A stretch of DNA of 64,000 nucleotides, from the NCBI RefSeq assembly GCF_001194135.2, contig NC_068990.1:52460856-52524855 (forward strand). The letters are read 5' to 3'. Each line of letters starts with the position of its first letter. Within the stretch, counting starts at the first letter, position 1. A program made the position numbers and the translations under genes. Shown in pieces: positions 24,623 to 38,467 of the stretch. The DNA comes from Octopus bimaculoides (taxonomy: Eukaryota). Under the pieces are notes generated by a model. The model did no database searches and had not been told where the DNA came from. It saw nothing but the letters and a program-made list of their open reading frames with translations.

Positions 24623-25759
24623 CCTAACTTTAAAAAAAAAACAACTTCCCCACACTACCCCACCTATCTCTGTACTCCTTCAAGTGACACAGTCTTGATA
24701 ATATCAACTCACACATTCCTCTTTCTGGCTCTCACACCTACCTTAGAATATCATTCTAAAAATAAACAATCACACTATCAAAATCTTGAACCTACAAGAT
24801 AATGTATGATTTGAATAAACAAGTATCACATTTGTCAAAATAATCTGAATGATGAAAGATTAAAAGATAAAGGTAATCTGGTTCAATCAGCCATTTAATC
24901 CAGATGTATCCACAAATATTATGAGAAGCTTTCCCCCCCCCCCCCAATTAGAGAGCATTTCCTAAACACCCATAAATACTACAAACTCTTTAATACTCAT
25001 AATGTTATGGTTAGCAACTTATGCTTAGATAATTTTACTTCCAATGTCACACATCACAACCATAACAATATGACAGAAACAAATACGTATAATCATTCAG
25101 GTCACATCTCTGATTCAATGACACCTTACTCCCTTTCTACCATCAGTCAATAAGGGCTCTGTAAAGGATTGTGTACTGTTCTTCCTCACTGACTAAAAGA
25201 TGAATATGGGGAGGTTACATGTATGTATAGGCATGTCTGTTAGGCACAAGTATGACACCTTTTAAGTGTCTTCTACAATAGGCACAAGCCAATCAATGCC
25301 TTATCTGTAAAATTTAGTAGATAGAAGCTACATGGAAGCACATCTTTGTGTGTATGTTTCCTTGTCTCCACATTGACACTGAGCAGAGGTGACATTTGTG
25401 TACATCTCTTTAAACCATAGATTTAAACATGCACACACTTTTATCCTATTTACAAGAAGCTACCTCAATGATTACTTCAAACTGTCACCAATATTCTCCA
25501 AAACTGAATGACAGAAAGAGATACCCCCTAGTGGAGTAGGGCTGATAAGGGAAAGTATTTTTGATGTTTAGTTCTTATTAAACATCAGAAGTGATGTGCA
25601 AAACATGTCTCCTAACATCGTTGTAATGTGTGGAAGAAAACATACCTTACATAAAAAACAAGTGAAGGATTGGAAGCAAGATGGGTATCCAGCTATTGAA
25701 TACTGTCTCTACTAGTCTCATTCAACCCATGCCAGCACGGAAAATGTGAACATAAAAAC

Positions 25760-25818
<59 letters not shown>

Positions 25819-26674
25819 ATGCATATATACAAACACACATAGCAGATGCCCACACACATTCACATATATGTAACAGTATGAGAATACATATGCACATAGG
25901 CAGGCTGACAGACAGATATATATGCATGCATGTATGTATGTATGTATATATTATGTATGTATGTATATAGGTTCATTTATATTCATAGGTTTATCTTCAA
26001 ATATACATGGAGATTGCGGTAATTGTGGTTGTGGCTTAATCTCCAAGTGAGCCTTGTTTGAATTAACCTGCGATCAATGACACTGAAACCAACACCAATA
26101 TGTCTCCCCACTCTTTTATAAGGTTCCTTCATTTCGTGCTGTGGTGTTTTTTAGTTGATGAAATTGGTGACTTTGGAAATGTCTTCCAACATTGCTTTTA
26201 ACAATAATGCTGTCTAGTGGTAGAAACACACCACTGAGAGAACCTTAAATTATAATATACAGACATGTAAATGAATACCACAAGGCATTTATTTCAACAA
26301 CCATCTACTTGACTTGTGTTACACTGTTAACAACTGATTGCAGATATAGATATAAGGCTACAAATGTGGTCTTGGGGTAGAAGGATTAGATCAATGCCAC
26401 TACTTGACTGATACTCATTTCATAAACTTTGGAAGGGTAAAAGACAAACTTGAACTTGGTTGGACTTCAACTCAGACAGGACTAAATATTCTTAGTCAAT
26501 AAGTTTTATAATTTTTTGTAAAGTATCTTTTTTTTTTTTTTGTTTTAATTGAATTCCTAGTATAGGTTGCTAATGAAATCTGTGAACTGCTTCAAATTAA
26601 TTTACATTGCTAACTTTTTTCAGGAAAGGATAAAGGTACACAATCTTTTCTAAAAGCCAATTTTCTTAGTTGTT

Positions 26675-26956
26675 NNNNNNNNNNNNNNNNNNNNNNNNNN
26701 NNNNNNNNNNNNNNNNNNNNNNNNNNNNNNNNNNNNNNNNNNNNNNNNNNNNNNNNNNNNNNNNNNNNNNNNNNNNNNNNNNNNNNNNNNNNNNNNNNNN
26801 NNNNNNNNNNNNNNNNNNNNNNNNNNNNNNNNNNNNNNNNNNNNNNNNNNNNNNNNNNNNNNNNNNNNNNNNNNNNNNNNNNNNNNNNNNNNNNNNNNNN
26901 NNNNNNNNNNNNNNNNNNNNNNNNNNNNNNNNNNNNNNNNNNNNNNNNNNNNNNNN
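26675..26956. other. Assembly gap (282 N)
   Basis: N run. Confidence 1.
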
Positions 26957-27881
26957 AAAAAAAAAAAAAAAAAAAGAAGAAAAAACTGACTTTCAGAGGA
27001 GAATGTGTAACCTTTATCCTTTTCTGAAGAAAGTTAAGGATGTAAATTAATCTGAAACCAGGTCACAGATTTGTTGTAGAAAACAAGGTATTAATCGAAA
27101 ACAAAACCAATAGCACTTTACAAAAAGTTATAAAATTTGTTGACTAGGACTGTAGAGTGGAGTTGGAAGGGTGATGGGGGCCAGAGGTTAGGATGGAAGC
27201 CCATTATATCCCCTCTAGTCAGCCCTGCTCTGCAGGTGGCATCTCTTCTGTCACTGATAAAAGAAGTAATCAGTAAAGTAACTTCCTGTGAATAGGATAA
27301 AATGTTTTGTCTACCCCCATTTGTGTAATGTGTATATGATTATTAAATAATAAGATGTGTATTTAATACATGGATGATGAATGATAAAATAATAAAGTGA
27401 GTCAGAAAAGTTAGAGAGAGGAAAACAGGGAAAGATAGTGAAAGTGAGAATAGACACTTTGAGAAGGTGAGTAGCTGATGAAAAGGGATGAAGGAGGAGG
27501 GAACCAAAGAGGAATAATTAACATACATATCACTGCCTTTTGACTTTTATTTTGTCTCTCTAGTATTCCATTGTTTGTTTCCAATTTTCTGTTGAGAGAG
27601 AAAGCCACATAGTTTTACTACACACTCCACTTCATGACACACCACATCCCTCACCAACAACTACTAACTTGCTACTGCTGCTGCTGTTACTACTGCTGCT
27701 ACTGTTGTTGCAGCCACTTCCTTAACTTATGGCATCTGTAAAAATGTATGAAGACTTGTTTGTGTGTGTGTGTGTGTGTATACGTTTACCCCCATACACC
27801 GACAGACACACATTTATACATACATTTGCACAATATATATGCAGAAAAAAAATACGTATATACATAAAATATACACAAATA

Positions 27882-28290
27882 GGTGCAGGAGTGGCTGTGT
27901 GGTAAGTAGCTTGCTTACCAACCACATAGTTCCGGGTTCAGTCCCACTGTGTGGCATCTTGGACAAGTGTCTTCTAAAATAGCCTCGAGCCGACCAAAGC
28001 CTTGTGAATGGAATTGGTAGACGAAAACTGAAAGAAGCCCATCGTATATATGTATGTATATATATATGTGTGTGTGTTTGAGTGTCTGTGTTTGTCCCCC
28101 TAGCATTGCTTGACAACCGATGCTGGTGTGTTTATGTCCCCGTCACTTAGCGGTTCAGCAAAACAGACCGACAGAATAAATATTAGGCTTACAAAGAATA
28201 AGTCCTGGGGTCCATTTGCTCGACTAAAGGCGGTGCTCCAGCATGGCCGCAGTCAAATGACTGAAACAAGTAAAAGAGTAAAGAGTAAAT
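27882..28290 (+). mobile_element. Near-intact tRNA-headed SINE (family A)
   Basis: ggtgcaggagtggctgtgtggtaag A-box, ggttcagtccc B-box, cttggacaagtgtcttct core, internal (TA/TG)n and an (AAGAGT)-like tail. Confidence 0.93.
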
Positions 28291-29103
28291 ATATGTGTTT
28301 GTAGATCTGTGTATGTATATTTATATATTGATTACTTCCACTCTACTAACGTGTATGAGTGTGTGCACGCCTGTGTGTGCATTCAGAATACCTGCTGGCT
28401 TTGTCAATTCCAGATTAGATTCTGTGTATTGATTCAACAGCTATTGAACAAGGAGGAAGGGGAGGTAGAGGGGAGAGAAGGCAGAAGGGGAGGGGAAGGG
28501 AGTGGAGGGGGATACAGCAGTGGTGAAAGTGGTGGTACAATGGGGGTGATAAATACAGTGGCTATGGTTGAAGTAATTCAGTGGTGTTGGAAATAGTGTA
28601 GAAAGTGTGGTGGCTATGGTAGTAGTGATGATCGATGGCATCATTAATGGTAAAAGTAGCTGTGGAATCAGTAGATGATGAAGGCAGAGGTAATGTGTAT
28701 GGTGGTATTAGTGGTGCTATAAAAGTGAGATTAGTTATTTGAATTAGTTCGCAAAGCTTTTCTTTTATGCCCTTTAAAATTCTTCAATATTATTAGAAAA
28801 TAGGAGAATTAGAATTGGCAAGAATGGTAGAGTGATTTTCTAAATGCCCCTTGGTTCCTAATTCAAATCATAGCAGAAGTGACTCAAATCTTTTATATTC
28901 TGCAGCACCAGTTATATTCAGTTGAGATCACTGACAACACTCACTTTCCTAAGTAGTCAGGTATAACTGCCTCCTCATCACTTAGTGCTTCAGATCTAAC
29001 AGCTAAAAATGGAAGTTTTGAATGGATTTAGTATTAATCCATGAAAATGATACACACATGTCAAAAGACCCAGTCTTCAATAGTGTAACAAGTGTGAATA
29101 ATA

Positions 29104-29316
29104 TCGGTTCCAAATTTTGGCAGAAGGTCAGCAATTTTTGGGGAGGGGGTAAGTCTGTTGCATCGACCCCAGTACTCAATTGGTACTTATTTTATCAACC
29201 CTGAAAGGATGAAAGGCAGTCGACCTCAGCAGAATTCGAACTCAGAACATGAAAACAGACAAAATGCTGCTAAGCATTTTCCCCAGCATGCTAACGAATC
29301 TGACAGCTCGGCACTT
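29104..29316 (-). mobile_element. Family-B SINE
   Basis: Reverse complement of the 14128-type SINE (gaactcagaac...aaatgctgctaagcatttt...cagctcg). Confidence 0.8.
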
Positions 29317-29639
29317 TAATAAATAATATTACTGACAATAATAGTGGTTTCTTAGAAGTTCAATGTCACACATTTATAGGTGAGTGGCACAGCTGGTTAA
29401 ATAGGTCCCAGTACATCCCTACCATTGTATTAATAGTAGAAAGACAAACCAAACAGAGGCATTTAGTTCACTGCTACCATCCACTACCACCACTACTGCT
29501 ACTGCTGTTGATTTTTAAAATAGGTATGCGACTACATATTTTCTGGCAAAACCTACAGCATTTCAACACTCTTTAGTATGCTTACAAAAGCAAAAATCAT
29601 CATAGCATCCATGACTTTTGAAAGCATTTTTTCACACTT

Positions 29640-29925
29640 GGAATAATAAGAGCATAGAATAAACTACCCACATCAGCTGTTAACTGTCAGGACACTGTAT
29701 CCTTCAAATATTAGAATATTTGAAAGATATATTAGAATACAGTTCCTGAAATTCAACAATACTCCTGATCTACTTGTACACCTTTTTCTCTATATGGACC
29801 TCATAATGTTCACTATCCTGTCTTTCTTTACTTGCCTTATATGTCTGCTTTTTGCAGCCACTATTAACCTTTGCTGATGAGATACAGTGCATTTGAGCAC
29901 TGTAAACAATAAATTCATTATTATT
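29640..29925 (+). mobile_element. Probable CR1/L2-type LINE 3' end with terminal stem-loop
   Basis: Perfect 8-bp stem TACAGTGC-atttga-GCACTGTA (29883-29904), followed by aataaa and an (ATT)n tail. Confidence 0.45.
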
Positions 29926-29929
29926 AAAT

Positions 29930-30420
29930 TACCCCAGTACTTGACTGGCTCCTTATTTCATCAATCTTAAAAAAGATGAAATGCTAAGTCAACCATGGCA
30001 AGATTTGAACTCACCACAAATTATAACCACTGCAAGGTATTTTGTCTGCCAGCCACAACTCTTTTAATAATACTCCTTTCTAATATGGGCACAAAGCCTG
30101 AAATTTTTGGAAAGAGAAATAGCTGACAACATCAAGCCCACTACTCAACTCCCCCCACCTCCGAAAGGATGACAGGCAATGGCAAGTTCAGTGGAATTTG
30201 AACTCAGAATGTAAAAATGCCACTATGCATTTTGGCAAATGTACTAACAATCCTGTCAGCTCTCCACCTTAAATGATAATAATAATCCTTTCTACTGTAG
30301 GCACAAGGCCTGAAATTTTGGGGGAGGGAATAAGTTGATCACATTGGCGGAATTAGAATTCAGAACATAGTGGCAGACGAAATGCGAAACATTTCGTCTG
30401 GCATACTGCCAGCTCGCCAC
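29930..30420 (-). mobile_element. Cluster of three partial family-B SINEs in the same orientation
   Basis: Repeated atttgaactca / gcctgaaatttt / aaaggatga segments at ~29930-30060, 30075-30275 and 30285-30420. Confidence 0.7.
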
Positions 30421-30489
30421 ATTTGTTGTTGATGATGATGATGATAATTGCCCTGATCTTATAATGTACATGTTTTGTCTTGATGTAAA

Positions 30490-30890
30490 CAATGGGCTAT
30501 AGCAAATATTCTGCTCAATACCACAGATTTACATCTCTGAACAGCAGAAGTAATGGAGGAGCATCATAGTCATGTGTTCAGAAGAATTCTTTGGAGTTTG
30601 AATAATTCACTTCTGTTCAACATCTTTAAACAACCCTTATTCAGGGACCTTTTGAGTGGGATGGGCTATTCGACCTGAAGAAAATTTTAACTAGGCCCCC
30701 ACCTGCAAGGTCATATACTGTTTATCTTGATATGAGATCACCGTGTCACACACATATGGTTGTGATGCATGTGCAGACAGGTAGTCATGATGGGTATACT
30801 GAGTTTCATATATTTGTACCCCAGTGTCACTTTGATGGCATGTACTGCTCTCTCACTCAATGATGGTGACAACGATGAAAATAATAATAA
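30490..30890 (+). mobile_element. Non-autonomous retroelement 3' portion (octopus-type abundant repeat)
   Basis: gtttatcttgatatgagatcacc...ccccagtgtcactttgatggcat...ctctctcactcaat followed by a simple-repeat tail; recognised from memory only. Confidence 0.45.
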
Positions 30891-31429
30891 CTAACCAATC
30901 AACAAACTTGTACACACTGGGACACAAATATGGGCAATTATATCTGATACTTTATTTTATCAAGTTCAATGTTAAGATGATAGACGTAGTTATCCTGATG
31001 GCACTGAAACTCAAGCACTAACGGAAAACATATAAACATCATACGACATTTTGTTCAAAGATCTAAGGGTTCTGTCATTCACTGTCCTTCCTCAATAGTA
31101 ATCAAGGAAATATATAAGTGAAGTCTCTATGTCTTCCCTAACACCAATTTAACCATTTCTTTTGTGTTATTCTTTTAATGGGTACAGGGAGAGAGATAAT
31201 ATAGATGTTGTAGCAAAATACTCCAACCAGAGTGTCACCTGCTCTCAGAGCTTTATGGTTGAGTGACAATTTGAACTGCTGTAACTATATTAGTTATTTG
31301 CATGGTGGCATAGATTAGCAGGAGATTAAACTAACCCAGGACTTGACTGGTACATAATTTTATCAATCCCGTGAAGGATGAAAGAAGATGACATCGGTGA
31401 GATTTGAACTCAGAACATTTGAACAGAGA

Positions 31430-34400
31430 AAGGAGGGGGCTCCAAAAGGGGTCTCAGGGAGTAACATCCCTGCTTTCCTGAGCTAGTTTTCCACCACATT
31501 TCTTAAAAGTCATGATAGAGGCCTTGGTCTTGGGACCACTCATATCCAGAAACTAAGGTTGGGGGTAAGCAAGGGTATACTTCCCGTAGAAAATCCAGCT
31601 CTAAAAACGCCTCATGACAATAACAAAAATGCATGGGCACAAGCCATGACTTGCTTTACGATGGCTGAAGGCCTGAGGAGAAGCTTGGGCTGAGGTTGGG
31701 AAATTGGAATGTGGGCAATCTGCATGGAAAGGGAACTGAGGTCTTTGAGGAATTGAGGAAGAGGAGGGTAGATGTGTGCTGTGTACAGGAGGCTAGGTGG
31801 AGGGGCCAGGGTGCAAGATTTGTAGGAGTCAAAGGAAGAAGGTACAAGTTGTGGTGGTCGGGAAATGGTAAGGGGACTGGAGGTGTGGGAGTTTTGGTGA
31901 AGGAAGAAATCTGTGAGAAGGTGGTGGAGGTCAGGAGAAAGAGTGACAGGGTGATGACAGTAGTATTAGCATTTGAAGAAGTGGTGAGGGTGATTTTTGG
32001 GCATGGCCTGCAAAGTGGAAGAGGGATTGCTGAGAGAGAGTGGCTCTTTAATGAAATGGTAAGTGGGTAGACTTACATAAGACAGATGAATTGGTTTTGG
32101 GCATGGGTGAATTTAATGGACATGTTCAGAAATGGATCCAGGGCTTTGNNNNNNNNNNNNNNNNNNNNNNNNNNNNNNNNNNNNNNNNNNNNNNNNNNNN
32201 NNNNNNNNNNNNNNNNNNNNNNNNNNNNNNNNNNNNNNNNNNNNNNNNNNNNNNNNNNNNNNNNNNNNNNNNNNNNNNNNNNNNNNNNNNNNNNNNNNNN
32301 NNNNNNNNNNNNNNNNNNNNNNNNNNNNNNNNNNNNNNNNNNNNNNNNNNNNNNNNNNNNNNNNNNNNNNNNNNNNNNNNNNNNNNNNNNNNNNNNNNNN
32401 NNNNNNNNNNNNNNNNNNNNNNNNNNNNNNNNNNNNNNNNNNNNNNNNNNGGATGTTGTTGGAGTTTTGTGATGAAAAGTAGTTGTATGTGGCGAACACA
32501 TAGTTTAGGAAAACAGAGAAAAGGAATGTGACTTTCAGTGCAGGAGGGAATGAGACAGAGATTGATTTTGTGTTGGCTGGCATGGAAAACAGAAAGTATC
32601 TGAGAGATGTGAAGACAATACCAGGCTGGTAGTTGCTGACTTGGATAAAAAGAAAGTTAAAAAGTGTGTGAGAAAGGGAATGGTTGAGAGGAGAAAGGTG
32701 TGGAAACTAAAGGAAGAAGAAACAAGGCAAGGTTTGAAGAAAGAGTTGGGGAGCTGGTAAGCATTGATGCACCGGATTTGTGGAAGTCTTTAAGGAAGGG
32801 GTACTAAAGGCATGTGACAAAGTGTGTGGAAGGATGAAAGGTAGGAGGGATCGAGGAGATATGTGGTGGTGGAATGAGGAGGTGAGGGATGTGATAGTGA
32901 GGAAGAAGGAGGTGCACAAAGCTTTATATAATAAAAGGACTGAGCAAATGAAAGCCAGGTATAATAACATAAAGAATTGTGCAAAGAGGGTGGTTGTAAG
33001 ATCTACGAGGCAGGAGGCTGGGGAGAAGTTGAGCAGGTTGGAGGAGAACCCAGATAGCATGTTTAGGTTTATGAAATTAATGTAAAATGATGGAAGAGAT
33101 GTTGAAGGAGGAAGATGTATGATGGGGAGTGATGGAAGGTTGAATTTTAGTAAGAAGGACAGGAGAAGAATTTGGAAAGAGCACATGGAGGGAATTATGA
33201 ATGAGGAGAATGAATGGGATCCGAGGGTGGAAGCTGCTGTAGTGAAGGGGCCAGTGGAGAGGATTAGTCAGGAAGAAGTAGTGGAGGCAATGAAGGAAAT
33301 GAAAACAGGAAAGACAAATGGTCCATCAGAAGTAAGTGTGGAAATGATAACTGCAAGTGGAAAGATAGGGATTGTTGTGTTGATGGAGCTCTGCCAGGGT
33401 GTGCTGGATGGAAGAGGAATGCTAGATAATTGGGCACTAAGTGTGATGGTACAGATCTTCAAGGGAAACGGGGATGTGATGAGTTGTGGGGAATATAGGG
33501 GAGTGAAGTTATTGGAGCATGCAATGAAGATTGTGGAAAGGGTGTTGGAGAGGAGAATTCGGAAAACGGTGGATGTGGATGAGATGCAATTTGGTTTTAT
33601 GCTAGGAAAGGGGACAATAGATGCAGTGCTCTTTGTAAGGAGATTGCAAGAAGAATACCAAGGTAAGGCGGAGTTGTACATGTGCTTTGTTAATTTGGAG
33701 AAGGCATTTGATAGGGTTCCAAGGAAGGTGATTGAGTGGACATTGAGGAAGAGAGGTGTACTAGAGGTAATAGTAAGGGCAGTGATGAGTTTGTATGAAA
33801 GGGTAAAGAGAGTTGGATCAGAACTGTTGGAGGAGTTTGCAGTGAAAGTTGGTGTGCATCAGGGATCTGTATTGTCACCGTTGTTGTTTGCAATAGTGGT
33901 TGATGTGGTGATGGAGAGTGCAAGAGAGGGATTGCTAATGGAAATACTGTATGCAGATGACCTTGTTCTGATGAGTGAGACGATGGAGGGATTGAGGGAG
34001 AAGTTTCGGAAATGGAAGGAGGCATTTGAAAGCAAGGGTTTGAAGGTAAACCTCGGGAAGACAAAGGTGATGGTGAGGGGGGTAGAATGAGAAGTGTCAA
34101 TGAGTAAGTAGATCCATGTGGTGTGTGTGGGAGGAGGGTAATGGCAAATGTAGTGTTGTGTACGAAATGTGGGAAATGGATTCACGGTAGATGTATGAAA
34201 ATTAAGAAGGTGACCCCAATACTGGCAAGAGATTTTATTTGTGGAAGGCTGGTGTAACTAGTGGAAACGCTGTGTGATGAGGTGGAAATGGTAAGAGGGT
34301 TTTGTTATTTGGGAGATAGGATGGATGTGAAGGAGCTGTGACAGCAAGAGCAAGACTTATCTGGGTGAAGTTCAGGGAATGTGGAGCATTATTATATGGG

Positions 34401-34865
34401 AAAAGGTTCTCCATGAAGATGAAAGGAAGGGTTTATCGGAGTTGCATGAGATCTGCAATGCTGTATGGCAGTGAGACATAGTGTCTGAGGGAAAGTGAAA
34501 TGGCAATTTTGAGAAGGACCATGAGTGCAATGTGTGGTGTGAAACTATTGGATAAAAGGAGGGCTCAGGAATTGATGAGGATGCTGGAGGAATTGGTGGA
34601 ACAGCTGGCAAGGGTGAATGGAGTATGGTGGTATGGACATGTGTTGAGGAGGGATGAGGATCATGTTCTGAGCTTAAAGTAAATGAATCACAAAAGTGAG
34701 GTTGACCAAAGAAAATGTAGAGGGGACAGGTGGAGGAGGAGATTGGGAGGGTTGGCTTGAAGAGGGCGGACACCCAAAACCTGGCAAGATGGTGTGAGAG
34801 TTGTTGCTGTAAGAGTAAGGTAGATCCAGCCACCCCCATTAATGGGGACAAACCTGGATTTAAAA
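31430..34865 (+). mobile_element. Near full-length RTE (BovB-like) LINE, frameshifted
   Basis: APE endonuclease GNWNVGNL...VDVCCVQEARWRG (31696-32070). RT with YRGVKLL, QFGFMLGKGTIDA, VHQGSVLSPLLF and LYADD (33119-34090). C-terminal WYGHVLRR. Gap at 32149-32450. Confidence 0.95.
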
Positions 34866-35063
34866 TATTAGAATTCACAACAGAACACATACTGCAATGC
34901 ATTTGTCTATCACTTAACAATTCTACCAGTCTGCCACCCTTGAGACTGTTTTGGAAATCACAAACTTTACAGGAGGTATAGTGGCATTCATGTAGTAGAT
35001 CAAAAGCCAAAATAGATGTTTCATCATATTTAATCCCAGTACCTTTAGTCCTGGGTATGACTA

Positions 35064-35239
35064 TGTTGTGTCGACGCCCCCAGGCGAAGAAGTGGGATCT
35101 CCCAAGACATATAAATAGAGGTAGACTGGCCGTGGTAGGAGTGTTGAGTAGCAGTCGAGTAGTTGTTGAGTAGCAGTCGAGTAGCAGTTGAGTAGTGATC
35201 ATCCGAAGGTGCTAGACAGCAGTAACTTGAGACATAACA
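35064..35239 (+). mobile_element. 176-bp solo LTR with 5-bp TSD
   Basis: GACTA|TGTTGTGTC...GACATAACA|GACTA: TG..CA ends, 9-bp inverted termini (1 mismatch), identical TSD, internal TATAAA and gagtagcagtc repeats. Confidence 0.8.
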
Positions 35240-35244
35240 GACTA

Positions 35245-36000
35245 TAAACTACATCTGGTAGTGGGACCCTGGGGCCCTGGTTTCAAGGTTTGAGAAGTGT
35301 GGAACCACCTCTTAGCCACTATCGTTCCCAGGTCTACTCTGGCCTGGAGTGGTAGCACTTGTAAGAGTCCCAACTATGAGTTAACTAGCAAACCCCACTG
35401 TGAGTGGGGAGGGGGGTCAGCAGAATGCAGTCGTCATATTCCCTGCATGGCGTAAGAGGCAACTAAAAAGAGCAGGCGCAAGGGGACTGGGAATCTTCTT
35501 CTCCTAGTAAATCCGTATTCCTAAAAAGACGGCAAGAAAAAGACAAGGGGTGGGAGACAGTTAACACCAAATTTCACACTAGTACTAGGGATATGGAATG
35601 TGTGTGGGTGAAGAGGAGAGAGACGGAGTATGATGATGAGGAGAAGGATGGATGTGCTGGCACTGAGTGAGACTAAGATGAAAAGTAAGGGAGAGTATCA
35701 GTTTGGAGATGTGACTGGATGAGTGTCAGGAGTGGGAGGAGGAGGGCTTGTGGTGAGTGAGCATGTGAAGAAGAGTGTGGAGTGGAGGGAAGTGTCTTCA
35801 AGATTAATGTGGATTAAGAGGTGGGGAGAAGAGATGTGGGTGTTTTTTAGTACATATGGTCCAGGGAGTGAAAGGAGTGAGGAAGTAGAGGAGTGAGGAA
35901 GTAGAGGTAGAGTGTGTGGATAGGGTGGGGAAAAGTGGTTATGTGGTGGTGTTTGTGATCATTATGTGATTTGAATGCACAAGTGGGAAATGAGAAATAT
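35245..36000 (+). mobile_element. RTE LINE 5' portion (5' UTR + degenerate endonuclease)
   Basis: Reads LVLGIWNVCG...RRMDVLALSETKMKSKGEYQFGDV from ~35578. Confidence 0.72.
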
Positions 36001-36444
36001 AAATATAAATGAGAGATATAAAGACAAAAGATAGAATATGGATCGCAATTCAAACTAATACACTTGTCAATGTTATCTAGTGGTTGCTTTTTGAGATTGC
36101 TTGTTACTAAAAGAACGCTGGTTCACACATACAAACATTCACATACTTCCCTTGTACATGCACACACATTCACACATATGCTCACACAGAGTTGAAATGC
36201 TGTCTGATTTTTCTTTTCAGCATTGAATGTTCACCATCTCATTTCCATTGCACACAAACACACACACAGACACACACACACTCACAAACATTCACATACA
36301 CAGAGTTGAAACACTGTTTCATTTTTTCATCATCTCACAACTAGTTTGCCATCATCCCCTTCCTTTCTCATTTATATGTTGTGATGAAGAAAAACACAAG
36401 AGTATCATTATAGTAAATTATTAACATTACACCTTTTATATAAG

Positions 36445-36730
36445 GCAGGGAGCTGGCATAATTGCTGGTACTCCAGACAAAATGCTTAGCAGTATTTCAT
36501 CCGTCTTTATGTTCTGAGTTCAAATTCCACCAAGGATAATTTTGCTTTTCATCCTTTCAAGGTTGATAAAATAAATACTAGGGTTGGTGTAATTGACAAG
36601 CTCCCAAAATTTCTGGTCTTGTGTCAAAATTTGACATCAATATTCTACCAAGAATAAGAACCAGTTGAGTGCTGGGCTCAATGAAATTAACTTATGCCTT
36701 CCCCCAAATTGCTGATCTTATGCCAAAATT
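36445..36730 (+). mobile_element. Family-B SINE with duplicated 3' part
   Basis: aaggcagggagctggca head, ctgagttcaaattcc and tttgcttttcatcc; the tail segment occurs twice. Confidence 0.7.
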
Positions 36731-37960
36731 TGAAAGCAATATTATATCTCTTATATACCTATTCATTACATTGCTTTAATAGTATTAAATTTCTATTAAT
36801 TGCTATGTGTTAAAAGGGCCATCTTTTTATTTCTGTTGCTTTGCATAAATAAGATGTGTTTTTTAATTTTATTTGTCTTTGCTTTTGAAATATTTCTTTA
36901 GATTTTGGTTTCTTTAGATCTTTTGGCATGCTCTTTCTGAGACCATTTATCCTTATACCAGCCTCTATCAAGTTAATCCCAAGCTGGAATCTCTCCTCTC
37001 TCTCCTCCTCCATCATTATCATCACCATCATCAAAACAACAACAAGAATTCAGTGTAAAAAACAACTTGACAATGCCTGACTGACCACTACCTCAATCAT
37101 CATCATCATCATATGAAGCTACCTTTATATGGTCAATCAACATATTATGAATAGTAACCAAATCTCCCTTAAATCACACTCTACTCTTTGAAAAAGGGAA
37201 GGACACACAGGATAATGTAGTCATAGAAATGTTACGACTAAAAGGAGGTTGGAGGGAAGAAGCATTCATTGCTTAAATGGCTTTGATCATAGAAGGTGCT
37301 GGATTGGAATTGAACGATTGTTACTTAACTACAGCAACAACAACCACCAACTAATTTCACATGAGAAATGTTTTTTGTTATAACAGTGAACACAGAAACT
37401 TGTATACAGAATACAGTGACAACATGGCAACAGCTCTTGTGGAAGACCCACTCAACTTGATGAAACTAAGTCTTGGAGACACTGTGTGTGTGTAATACTA
37501 ATATGCACAACAGGACCCTTTGCCCAATTTCCTTCTCCAGAAACCCACACCACCCATCATCTCTTTTCCTTGATACCACTAATCTTTCTCACTACTGGGA
37601 ACTGTTTTACTTGATATCCATCCCTTACCAGACATTCTGCTAACCAGGTTCTTTTTTAACAAGGAGTGCTGACTGAGGTATTCTGGATTTCTTTAATCCC
37701 TACTTTCTATCATTATATACATAAAAATCATCATCATCTAACATCTGTCTTCCATGCTGACATGGGTTGGATGGTTTGGCAGGAGCTGGCAAGCCAGAGA
37801 GCTACACTAGGTACTGATGAAATGGATTGTTTCAATGATCAGAAAGTTTCTAGATGTGGTTGGCAGTTTCAGTTACCTAGGTGACGTAATTACCACTTAA
37901 AGCAAAGGCTTTTTATGTCTGTTTTCTATGCTGGTATAAATTGGATGTTTTGACAGTTGT

Positions 37961-38467
37961 ATCTGGAAAGTTTGCTGCAAACATTTTTGTGGCAGGAAAA
38001 TTTGCCTCAGGATTTTTGGCTGTAGGAAAGTTTGCCACAAGACAATTTCACTGAAAAAAAGATGAATCACTCCCTTGGTATATAATTCTTTCAACCAACC
38101 TATCTATTATATTATTATGGCAAAGCTGGTGGGGGGACAAAATAAAGCAATCTAAAAGATGATAATCTTTTCAAAACAAAATAATTCTGCTTAAATAAAA
38201 AGTAGTACAATATAAATATGATAACATTTACAAAGAACAAAAAGAAAACAAAAAAACAGTTAAATCTAAAACAGAATTATAAAAAACACATATATATATA
38301 TAACAAGCAATTTTTTTCAGAGCTGCATTTTCTCTAAATCAGGTTGACTGCCATATCTTTGAAATTATCTCATGGCAAAATTTCCTATACGGCAAAGTTT
38401 CCTAAGGCCAGTTTTCCTATAGCATGCTTTCCTGCAGCAAAAATGTTTATGACAGATGTTCCTGGAA
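37961..38467. mobile_element. Foldback/MULE-like MITE with TIRs built from ~15-bp subrepeats
   Basis: Arms ~37961-38049 and ~38361-38467 are imperfect reverse complements made of GGAAANTTTGCCNTA-like units around an AT-rich core. Confidence 0.55.

Noticed and set aside
27722-27745. Minus-strand acceptor followed by DAIS* (possible poison exon in the BTB intron)
   Set aside because: Only a generic acceptor motif next to low-complexity DNA, with no donor or conservation evidence.
27882-27960. tRNA-like A/B boxes (also at 14128, 22613, 24191 and 58417)
   Set aside because: These are SINE heads continuing into shared core and tail sequence; no full cloverleaf.
29874-29907. Hammerhead-like CTGATGA + 8-bp stem + AAAC
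   Set aside because: Lacks the invariant G of GAAA, and no stems I/III were found. It is better explained as a LINE 3' terminal stem-loop before an (ATT)n tail.
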